The position numbers were made by a program, and so were the translations under genes. 32,415 nucleotides of DNA from Diploschistes diacapsis. Lineage: Eukaryota. The DNA is taken from the NCBI GenBank assembly GCA_023645945.1, contig JALAIB010000103.1:1-32415 (forward strand), written 5' to 3'. The notes below the pieces were generated by a model, which was given only the letters and a program-made list of their open reading frames with translations, made no database searches and was not told the origin of the DNA. Shown here one piece after another: positions 22,640 through 32,415 of the stretch. Each line of letters opens with the position of its first letter. Positions within the stretch are counted from its first letter, which is position 1.

Positions 22640-24260
22640 ATGCCGAAGCATGAAAGAACCAAATCCCAGGAGGATGTGCTTCGTCATCCGAGCACCAAGC
22701 GCGAAAGAGATCGACTTCGAGAACCCCCCCGAGCAGCTCGTTTCGACATCACGACAGCGAAAAGTCGAGCCCAAGACGCGCAATGTGCTGTACTGGTTCC
22801 GTAGCAAAGATCTGCGTCCCGAGGATAATGCGGCACTTTCAATGGCCTCGCATAAAGCTCAAGAAGCGAAGGCCACGCTCTTGACGGCCTATCTCTTCTC
22901 GCCGGCCGACATGGACTGGCACGGGACTAGTCCGGCGCGTATCGACTTTATCCTTGAATCGCTACGGCTGCTGCAGGAGCAATTACATAAAATGCACATT
23001 CCACTAGTGCCACTGGTGGCGGAAAAACGGACACAGAAGGGTGCAAAGATCCTCAAATTCGTTAAGGAGCATGACATCTCGCACATCTACGCTAATTTCG
23101 AATATGAGATTGACGAGCTGCGGCGCGACATCGACCTCTTCGGGCGCCTCGACAAGGACGATGAAGGCAAGGATATTGCCTTTGAGCTCTATCATGATCA
23201 GACCGTCATGGAGCCTGGAAAATTGACCGGCGGCAGCGGTAACCCAATGAAAGTATTCACACCCTATCACAAAGTCTGGCTTGCGGAAGTGGGCGAGCAT
23301 CCGGACATGCTCGACGGTTACGACTTACCCACCGCAAACAACGAATCCGCTTCCTCCAAATACAAAGATCTCTTCTCCCAGTCAATCCCCTCACTGCCAG
23401 CCTCCAAGCAGTTCGCGTCCAAAGATGAGCAGTCCCGCATCCGTAAACTTTGGCCTGCCGGCCACACCGCGGCCCTTGACCGCCTTGAGCACTTTCTCAA
23501 GGAGAAAGTCCGCGAGTACGCCGCCACGCGCTCTAACCCAGCCGCCGACAGCTCGAGTCGCCTCTCCGCCTACTTTTCCTCTGGCGTGCTGAACGTGCGC
23601 GAAGCCCTCCGGGCCGCCAAAAAGCACAACAACGGCGCCAACTTTACCGAGAGCGGCGACCCGGGCATAGCCGCCTGGGTGCGCGAGATCGTCTTCCGCG
23701 AGTTTTACCGGCAGATGCTGGTGTTGAAGCCGCACAACGCGCTGAACCTGCCGCAGAACCTCAAGTTCGACTTCGTCCGATGGGAGGACGACGAGGAAGG
23801 GTGGCAGAAGTGGCGAGAGGGCCGCACGGGCGTGCCATTCGTCGACGCTGGCATGTGACAGATCAACACGGAGGCCTACATGCACAACCGACTGCGCATG
23901 AACACAGCCTCGTACCTGCGCACGAATCTGCTGCTGGATTATAGGAAGGGCGAGCGGTACTTCGCCGAGCACCTGGTCGACTGGGACCTGAGCAACAATA
24001 CGCAGGGCTGGGAGCCGAGCTATACGGTTTTCAACCCTGTCAGCCAGGCGGAGAAGAACGATCCGAATGGGGACTATATCAGGAAGTGGGTGCCGGAGCT
24101 GAGGGACATGCACGGGAAGGCGGTGTTCGATCCGTATCATCGGCTGAGTAAGGACGAGTTTGAGAGGTTGGGTTATCCGGCGCCGCATGTGGATTGGGCG
24201 GAGAGTAAGGATAGATGTATGAAGAGGTATAAGCAAGATATGGCGGATGTCAAACCGTAA
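22640..24260 (+). pseudogene. DNA photolyase/cryptochrome family gene (CPD-photolyase-like) interrupted by an in-frame TGA at 23856-23858 and a probable N-terminal frameshift
   Basis: WFRSKDLR.EDN, VFTPY, SSRLSAY, WVREIVFREFY, GRTGVPFVDAGM*QI..EAYMHNRLRM, FNPVSQ..K.DP.GDYIRKWVPEL. ORFs 22650-23858 and 23880-24260 are in the same frame, separated only by TGA and 7 sense codons. No intron can remove the stop. Confidence 0.8.
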
Positions 24261-24459
24261 GCAACCAGCGGAGTCTGAGAATAAACGGGTTAAGAGACGT
24301 TTGGATATATCTGTAAAACCAGCTAGTTCTCCCGATGCAAGGAAAAGGGGATGCGCTGCTTGGGATCCTGTCCAGGAATACTACAACATCAACATCTGAT
24401 ATCTCCCACCAATTTCCTCTCCCGCGCTCCTCCCTCCCTCCCTCCAACCACCCTCTAGC

Positions 24460-26070
24460 CTACTTCGAAACCACACAAACAACGTCCTCGTCCTCAACCC
24501 TATGTCCCAGCCCCACCCGCTGCGGGACATGCCTCGCGCTGCTCCCCCAAACAAGGGCATACCTAAACCCTTCCTTCAAACTCCTATGGACTCTATCGCA
24601 CACGTCCTCGATCGAACTGTCCTTGCGCACGATCAGCGCCTCGCTAAAGTCCGGGTCCATGCCCTTGCGCTTCGTGTAGATGCGGATCAGCGCCAGTTCG
24701 GTCCAGGCGCGGTCCACGACGTCGGAGATGCCCAGGTCCAGCTCGCAGGACATTATGGCCGTGAAGGGCTCGCGCGCGAGCGTGGTCAGGAAGGGGAGGG
24801 AGACGGAGTCGACTTTATTGTAGACGTAGAGGCTGTGGGAGTTGTTAGTTGGTTGGGGATGGGAAGGGCTTTGGAGCGGTGCGGAGGTGGAGCAAGGAGG
24901 GAAAGAGGGGAGGGTGTTTTGAGTAGGTAGGTATGCGTACCATTTGATGTACTTGCGGTGGTCTTTCATTATTACGTCTATGAAGTCGTCGACAGTGGCT
25001 TGGGGCGCTCTTTAATGGGGCTTATACTATGCTGGTAGGATGATCGTTTGACTTACCGTACTCGTCGCGTACTAGGACCTCGCAGTTGAGCATCTTGTAG
25101 TCTCGGAGGATGTTATAGAGCATTTTCTGGTCGAGGTATTTGGGTGGGGCTTGGAAAGTGATTTTCATGCCGCCGGCTTTCTTGACCTTGAGGTAGATGT
25201 TTCTGTGATGTTAGTTCGGGCATTGGCTGCTATTTGGGTTGGGATTATACTTACGGGGGTTCCTTGTTGAGGCGAATGCCGACTGCTTCTAGCTCCGCTT
25301 CCAAGAGTGCTCTCTGCTCGGCCTTTTTGGTCGCATCTAAGATCATCATGATCAAATCGCTTGTCTAGGCAGGCGCAATCAGCATATCAAACAACTTCCA
25401 GTTATGAGGCCTCCACCGTACGCCGCTCGTTTCATGGTCTCTCCTACCTTAGCAGCACTAATAACCTGCCTTCCTCTCCCTTTACCCTCCGAAGCCCCCT
25501 CAATGATTCCGGGTAGATCCAGTATCTGGATTTCAGCCCCGCCGTACTCCAGCACACCAGGGATAGCCGTGAGCGTTGTGAAGGAATACGCCGCTATTTC
25601 TGACTTTGTCTTCGTAATCTTGGACAGAAACGTCGACTTTCCGACGGATGGGAAGCCAACCAGGGCTATCCTGGCATCCCCGGATTTGGAGACATCAAAG
25701 CCTGCACCCGGTGCGCTAGATGAACCCGGGGCTGGCTCGAGAAGCTGCGCGCGCAGCCGGGCGAGTTTCCTAGTTTGTTGTGAGCCACATTATGGCGAAG
25801 TGCGGTCTGGATTTTACCCTTTTAGCAGGCCAAGGTGATACTCTGGTGGCCATCAGCCAACGTCTGTAAGAATGGAAACTGGCGAATATACCAGTCGCTT
25901 TATTCTCTAAAGGCGATCAGTACCGTTATGTCACAGAATCGGGTCCAGACTCACATACTCTGCGTCCTCTTCATCTCATCCTCGATCCTAGAATTCTCAG
26001 ATCAATGTCCACCACGTCGATTTAAGACTCGATCGACTTACTCTTTGATTTTATCCGTAATGTTGACCAT
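24460..26070 (-). CDS. RBG2: Developmentally regulated GTP-binding protein Rbg2/DRG2, 368 aa, 9 exons
   Basis: Exons 26070-26042, 25987-25959, 25906-25892, 25842-25818, 25769-25448, 25364-25255, 25202-25057, 24998-24941 and 24832-24460 (1107 nt in total). [59 protein letters not shown] domain ending PQRVGL.H..EDEDVV. Confidence 0.94.
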
Positions 26071-26727
26071 CTTGATAAATCCTCAAGCGCTAGCGCTTTT
26101 CTTACAGGTCTTGGGGGTAAGGGGAGACGTCTCAGGCAGTTCAAAGATCGAATCCTTCTGCCCTTTCCTTGTCGCCAAGTATGCCCAGTCGGCTGCTTGA
26201 AGCAGATAGAAGTGGTCCCCTAAGAATGATGAAGATCTTCTATAGAAATCGATTCGATCATCCAGACAGCCGAACCATGTGGATAATCCTCATACATATG
26301 GTCTTCTGAGACCAGCCATTGGCGGAAGTGGGATGATTTGATGCCAAGGTCGAGCACTTATGGATAAGCCTGGTAGGGCTGATCATCTCCAACTCAATAA
26401 GAACATAGTCGTCCCATTTTTGCCTCCAGCGATGCCTTGTGCCTTTGTGGCATCATTTCTGACACATCAGGGGAAACTACAATTAACCTAAGCAGAGGAT
26501 TGATTTCCGTTAGACAAGATCGATGTAGGTGCAATGGCTCCTGCCATTACAATGCCTATCTCATAGGCCTTGATACTTTCCATATACAACTCTACAACCT
26601 TCCTTACCTCTCATAGCCATTTCATTGCATTACAACGAAGTCTGCTTAGCTTCATATTCCATTTGTCGCGTTTCTTGGATATTATATCTCTGCACCCTTC
26701 CTCGAACAGGAACTCAAGATAGTCATC

Positions 26728-28758
26728 ATGGATCCCGAGGATCTTACAGATCTCATCAGTTCAGACTCGGAAAAAGAAAGCGAAGACAAACAATTGAGAC
26801 GGGCCGTCCAACTGTCGCTCCAACAGCAACCCGATACTAGGAACGACGAAACTAGCGATGAGCTTCGAATCCCAGATGAAGAAGACGAGCAACTTAAGTT
26901 GGCTATTGAGCTTTCCTTGAAATGTCAGGGTGTTGATGAATCCCACGAGGATCAAGGCCCTCAAAACGAGCTACGAGGCGCCAAGAACGACCCATTCAAA
27001 CGTGAATCCTCACCTCTCAAGCGCAGCGCTTCGGGCTCTGATACACATTCACACAAACGGGTGAAGTCTCTTGATAACCCAGATTATGACGAGGCTGAAT
27101 ATCCGACCCTCGATAAGGAAAAAAGTGAGTCACCAATAAGGGAAGCCGGTCTCCTACATCGGCTGGGAAATCCAGTCTTCCCAGGTGGAGTTGTGAAAAA
27201 GACATGGGCATTTGGATATCCAAGAGAAGATGATATTAAGATTGAAGAAGTCCTGCAAAGTCCGAAGCTCAAAACTGCAGTTCTGAGCTCCTTCCAGTGG
27301 GATGCAGACTGGCTATTCAACAAAATCGACTGTAAACGGACGTCAGTGACCCTAATCATGGACGAGAACGAGGCGCAGGCACCGATGATCCACGCAAAGT
27401 ACAAAAGGATAGCTATATGTGGACCCAAAAACGTTATTGGCATAATGCATTCAAAGCTCATGCTCTTATTCTACGAAAATTACGCCCGAATCGTGATACC
27501 AACAGCAAACCTTGTGCCACATGATTGGGGCGAGACAGGCGTCATGGAGAACATGGTCTTCCTTATTGACTTACCGTACCTTTCCGAAGGCGTCGCCAAA
27601 TTCCCAGCAGGAGGTGATAGAGCTGCGAGAAGCATGATTACCAAGACTGGCCCTTTTACGAAGTTCTTTGAAGGACTTCACATTTTCTGCACTTGGATGA
27701 ATCTCAAGCCGCACATCCTTGACCAACTTTGCCGCTGCGACTTCACTGCGACCAAGGACATGGCCTTTGTGTTCGGAGCTGGTACTGTCCTAAGGGGCAA
27801 TAATGATCGATCCGATCTGGCTTATATGGGAATACCTGGTCTAGCATATCAAGTCAAAGAGCTCGGCTTGTACTCGCATGATGATCTGCAGGTCGACTTT
27901 GTTGCCTCTTCAGTTGGGCAGCTCGTGTTCGACTTTGTTCCAGAGCTCTACTTGGCCTGCCATGGTACTGATAGGTCCAGGGTCGTAGAATGGCAGGAAG
28001 CACACGCTGTTGACTCCTCGGATTCCGAGGGAAATAAAAACCAAAAGCCCCCGGAACCAACCACCGTTTTGGGTCTGGGAATAAAAAGCAAGAAGTATTC
28101 CAAATCACAGATCGAAGCTATCGTCAAGTCCAACCTAAGGGTATACTTTCCATCCTATGAGACTGTGCAAAACTCTTCAGGTGGTCCAAATGCTGCGGGT
28201 ACCATCTGCTTGACGAAGAAGTGTTGGGATGCGGCGATGTTCCCAAGAGAGCTCTTCTACGATTGCAAAAGTGCTCGTGAAGGACTCTTGATGCACAACA
28301 AGGTCGGTGGCCCATTGTCTATATCTATAGTCGACTAACACGTTCAGATGATCTTCGTCCAGCCCATTCAGAAGCAGGCCACGCCGGCTTCGAAGTCAGC
28401 GCGCGCGTGGGTGTACGTTGGCTCGGCGAACTGTTCCGCCTCAGCATGGGCACGAGGGCGAATGGATAGGGGCACACCCATAGTGAGTGGCAGGAATTGG
28501 GAATGCGGCGTCATTATACCCTTGCCGAGAATTTCTGAGTGTACCCCAGATGATGCTTCCAAGACAGACGATACCGAGATGAAGGAAACCCAGGGAGTTA
28601 GTTCCGATAGAGCTAGGCTTGACGGTCTGGCACGTTCCGGACTTAATCAACATGAGAATCGCAGTCTTGATGTCTTCCTGGGCGTTGTCCCAATCCCTAT
28701 TAGCCTGCCTGCAGATCGACTCTCCGAAAACAATGGCCCTAAGTTTATGAACGGTTAA
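26728..28758 (+). CDS. Tyrosyl-DNA phosphodiesterase 1-like protein (PLD superfamily) with two N-terminal UIM-like motifs, about 661 aa, 2 exons
   Basis: Exons 26728-28302 and 28348-28758, intron GTCGGT..CTAAC..CAG (45 nt). Two HxK..N motifs (MHSKLMLL..TANL; MHNK|MIF..WVYVGSANCS), AVLSSFQWD, ASSVGQL, RNWECGV. Confidence 0.9.
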
Positions 28759-29622
28759 AAACGATCAGGCTCATATCCTTAGCCACCTTTGCTAATCGAT
28801 CTACCAAACGTTATCAGTACAAAATCTTGCCGTTCTGGGGTATCACCAAAAGTAAGGGACAAGGACGGGCTGAGGAGGTCTTTTGGACTAGTATCGGGAT
28901 TCACCGTCACAGTCTAGATCTGGAGTCAATGCCTTGCAGAGCGATCCATGAGTCAGTCATGACAGTTCAAGTTATTATCACGAGCCCGCAGCAACGACGA
29001 GGGATTGCGCAGAATTAGAACAATGAAATATCACTCTCGCTACACAAGACTATGCTATCTAGCAGACCTCTAATACCTCCTCAATGCCATGTTCCGTGAA
29101 GCCGACACGATACACAGGGCATGTCCCCGCGTGGTCATCCAATTCAAGGTATTGCACGCCAAATGTGTGTCCCCGACTCTCCGATGCTAGTAGAGTTGAT
29201 GATTACTCCTCGCTTCGTCTTTGGCGCGTGATACCGTGTGGGCACTTTTCGAACAGGGAAAGCAGCTATAGATAAGGTTATGCTACGATGCGGAGCTATC
29301 AGTGGATGGTACCATTCGTGCTCATGATCAGGCTACAGGGGATATACCCTGTATTCCAAAATACTGGCGTAGAAGATCTGCAATGGAGGTATGGCGTTCT
29401 TCAGGAACTCCCGTGCCCTTAGTCGCTTCGAGCTAGACCAGTTCGTATCGTTCATCGACAAAAGCGAAGATATCTCGTACGGAAATACAACCCATGTTTG
29501 GAAGATTGTTATAATCGACTATAGTAATCGATTACCGAGGAATCTTTCCAAACATGGGATACAACGAGCCTCTATACCGGTCCAAAGCGGGAAAGTAGGA
29601 GGAACCAAGGCCTACAAGATGT

Positions 29623-30036
29623 CTTGGCTTGGAGGGTATTCCAGCAATTGCCACTCTCACACCACCAATGGAAGCACTTCCTCTACATGTTGTACGTTGA
29701 TTTGCTCGTTTCGAACCACCGAGGGTGGCCTAGCAGCAGTGTTGATACTTTGCCTAGCATGTGCATATCATAGCCAGGGCCGCAAATCTAATGTGGTAAT
29801 TGATAACCGTTATGCCAAACATTCAGCCAAGCTGCGATAATGACCGCGATGCCTGCATCAGCTGCTCCGCATGCTGTAGCATGGTATACTGCATCTAACA
29901 CTTACCGTGGAAGTTCTTACCAAGCGCAGCACACCATCTCCGCGCTTCTAAAGAAGCAAACTGCGGAGCTATGTGTAAGGTAATGATGGTGGGTTTTGCA
30001 AGTGCCGGACCAAGGAGCTGCGACTCTCTTTATAAA
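29623..30036 (+). promoter_or_regulatory. Putative promoter of the S53 protease gene: three PacC-type GCCARG sites, two GATAA sites and a TATA box
   Basis: GCCARG at 29623-29628 (minus strand), 29773-29778 and 29826-29831; HGATAA at 29801-29806 and 29835-29840; TATAAA at 30031-30036. Confidence 0.4.
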
Positions 30037-30095
30037 GAAGATGTCTGGGTCAGTTCTCTTCGATCGTTATCCTCCACCAGGCCTAGGAAGACAAG

Positions 30096-32413
30096 ATGCA
30101 TTTCTCGCTCTTCGTCGCCACGGCAGCTTTGGCGGCTGTTGCTGCCGCTGCTCCAACAGCTCCTGCTTCTCACGTCGTCCACGAGAAGCGTGATGCCCTC
30201 CCAAGGAACTGGGTCAAGCGATCCAGGCTTGAGGGGAACGTCAAGCTGCCCATGCGAGTCGGCCTGACCCAGAGCAACCTTCACAAGGGTGACGACCTCT
30301 TGATGGAAGTGTGAGTCCTGTTCCTCCCTCTCCTCAGCGGGACCAGTCGCTAAGAATCCTTGCAGTTCGCGTCATGACTCCCCCAAGTTCGGCCAGTGGT
30401 ACTCGGCTGAAGAAGTCATCGAGCTCTTCGCGCCCGCGAAGAAGTCGGTGGACACCGTCCGCAACTGGCTAGAGTCTGCCGGCGTCGAAGCTCACCGCAT
30501 CTCCCAGTCTGCCAACAAGCAGTGGATGCAATTCGATGCTACCCCCGAGGAGGTCGAGGACATACTCAAGACCGAATACTACGTCTACGAGCATGGCCCC
30601 ACCGGCAAAACCCACGTGGGCTGCGACCAGTAAGTAAAGAGTAATGATTCGCCTCGACAAATTCGCTAACCCTCCACAGATACCATGTCCCAGCCCACGT
30701 CAAGGAGCACGTCGACTACGTCACCCCTGGACTCAGGCTGCTCAGCAGCGGCAAGAAGTCCCGAAAGGCAGACGGCGAGCTCGAGAAGCGCGGCTTCCGC
30801 ACCAGTTCCAACCAAAAATTCTCGGGGCCGGTGATCAAGGGCCCGCTCCCTCAACAGATCAACGGCCTTCCAAATTCGACCCTTGTGTCCATGTGTGACG
30901 AGATGGTTACCCCAGTCTGCATTGCTAGTAAGTTGTTCTCTGGCCCATGCCATCCATCCACTCGCTCGAGATACGGCTCTGATAAAAAGTAGCAATGTAC
31001 AACATCACGCAAGCTACCAAAGCGGCCGCTGGCAACCAGCTCGGTATCTTCGAGGAAGGCGATTTCTATGCCGCTGAGGATCTCGTGGAATTCTTCGCCA
31101 TGTTTGCACCGTGAGTCGGCCGTTGGACGCCTAATTTTTCCCTTGCGTTCCTCCTGCGTGCCTTTCCTCCGCCATCCATATGCTGACATACCTTCTCCCA
31201 GAAACATCCCTGCAACCACCAAGCCCATCCTCGAAGGCATCGACGGCGGTACCGCCCCAATGGCCACTGCCGGCGGAGAATCCGACCTGGACTTCCAAAT
31301 CTCCTACCCGATCATCTACCCGCAAAACAGCATCCTGTTTCAAACCGACGACCTACCCTACGCCACCGGCGAGCAGAGCTCCTCCGGATTCCTAAACGTA
31401 CGTCCCCCCTAAAACCTGCCTCTTAAACTGTCCTCGCACACACTAACCCTCCCTCTCGTCAGACCTTCCTCGACGCCATCGACGGCTCCTACTGCACCTA
31501 CTCCGCCTTCGGCGAAACCGGCAACTCGCGCATCGACCCCAAATACCCGGACCCCAACCCGGCCGGCTACAAAGGCCAGCTGCAATGCGGCGTGTACAAG
31601 CCGACGCACGTCATCAGCATCTCCTACGGCGAGCAGGAAGACGACCTACCGACGAACTACCAGCAGCGCCAGTGCTCCGAGTTCATGAAGCTCGGCATGC
31701 AGGGCACCTCCGTCATCTTCGCGTCCGGCGACTCCGGCGTGTCCGCCCGCGGCGCGGACGACGGCAACGGCGACGGCTGCCTGGGCAACGGCGAGGTCTT
31801 CAACCCGGACTTCAGCGCCAGCTGCCCGTACGTCACCGCGCTCGGCGCCACCTACCTGCCGCCGGGCGCCAGCGCCGTCGGCGACCACGAGGTGGCCGTA
31901 ACCCGCTTCCCGAGCGGCGGCGGCTTCTCCAACATCTACCCGGCGCCCAGCTACCAGGCGTCCGCCGTCGCCAATTACTTCGCGACCAGCAACCCGCCGT
32001 ACAAGTTCTACAACACCTCCGGCACCAACAACCCGTCCGAGTCGGTCACGGCCGGGGGCGTATACAACCGCGGCGGCCGCGGCTACCCCGACTTCGCGGC
32101 GATCGGGGACAACGTGGTGGTGGTGATCAACGGGACGCCCGAGCTGATCGGCGGCACGTCGGCGGCGGCGCCGACCTTCGCCGCCATCCTGAACAGGATC
32201 AACGAGGAGAGGATAGCGGCGGGGAAGAGCACGGTGGGCTTCGTGAACCCGACGCTGTACGCGAATCCGCAGGTGCTGCACGATATCACGGTGGGGAACA
32301 ACTCGGGGTGCGGGACCAGCGGCTTCTTCGCGGCGAAGGGGTGGGATCCCGTGACCGGGCTGGGGACGCCCAACTATCCGGCCATGTTGAGTTTGTACAT
32401 GAGTATGCCATAG
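30096..32413 (+). CDS. Secreted sedolisin-family (S53) serine-carboxyl protease, aorsin/SedA-like, about 663 aa, 6 exons
   Basis: Exons 30096-30310, 30366-30629, 30680-30927, 30993-31110, 31202-31397 and 31463-32413 (1992 nt). Signal peptide, pro-domain (HVVHEKR..), GGESDLD (Glu/Asp), ASGDSG, GGTSAAAP (Ser), Ca-binding HDITVG..GWDPVTGLGTP. Confidence 0.95.
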
Positions 32414-32415
32414 GC

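Noticed and set aside
23856..23858. Selenocysteine or A-to-I editing as the explanation of the TGA
   Set aside because: The consensus residue is Arg, not Cys or Trp. Dikarya are not known to use Sec, and fungal A-to-I stop correction favours UAG and would give Trp. A variant genetic code is unlikely because TGA ends other genes here (the first PTH11-like gene, SDR, GCN2 and the GT71 gene).
23851..23861. GC-AG intron (gcatgtgacag) removing the photolyase TGA
   Set aside because: Only 11 nt, no branch point, and removal would shift the frame. The conserved motif spacing leaves no room for an intron.
28760..29900. ORF 29391-29840 and a small hairpin TACAGGG..CCCTGTA near 29334-29353
   Set aside because: No protein motifs, and a 7-bp stem is within chance expectation.
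1..32415. tRNA, rRNA, CRISPR array, telomeric repeat or transposase/RT gene
   Set aside because: None recognisable by eye. The locus is eukaryotic and has no repeat-spacer structure.

Overview
Eukaryotic DNA from a filamentous ascomycete (Pezizomycotina-type GT..CTRAC..YAG introns, mostly 45-110 nt). The left part (about 0.8-12.6 kb) looks accessory. It holds two paralogous PTH11-like 7-TM membrane protein genes flanking a cytochrome P450, a decayed AidB-type acyl-CoA dehydrogenase pseudogene, a 210-bp TA-flanked MITE in an AT-rich patch, and an SDR. The right part (12.8-32.4 kb) is mostly housekeeping: GCN2, CWC2, a GT71 mannosyltransferase, a photolyase-family gene, RBG2/DRG2, a TDP1-like gene and a secreted S53 (aorsin/sedolisin) protease. 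The most notable item is the photolyase-family gene. It has an in-frame TGA at a conserved Arg, a probable N-terminal frameshift, and a remodelled lesion pocket and Trp chain (10-residue loop deletion, W359-equivalent changed to Y). Exon coordinates were derived by hand from splice signals and reading-frame continuity. No database searches were run.
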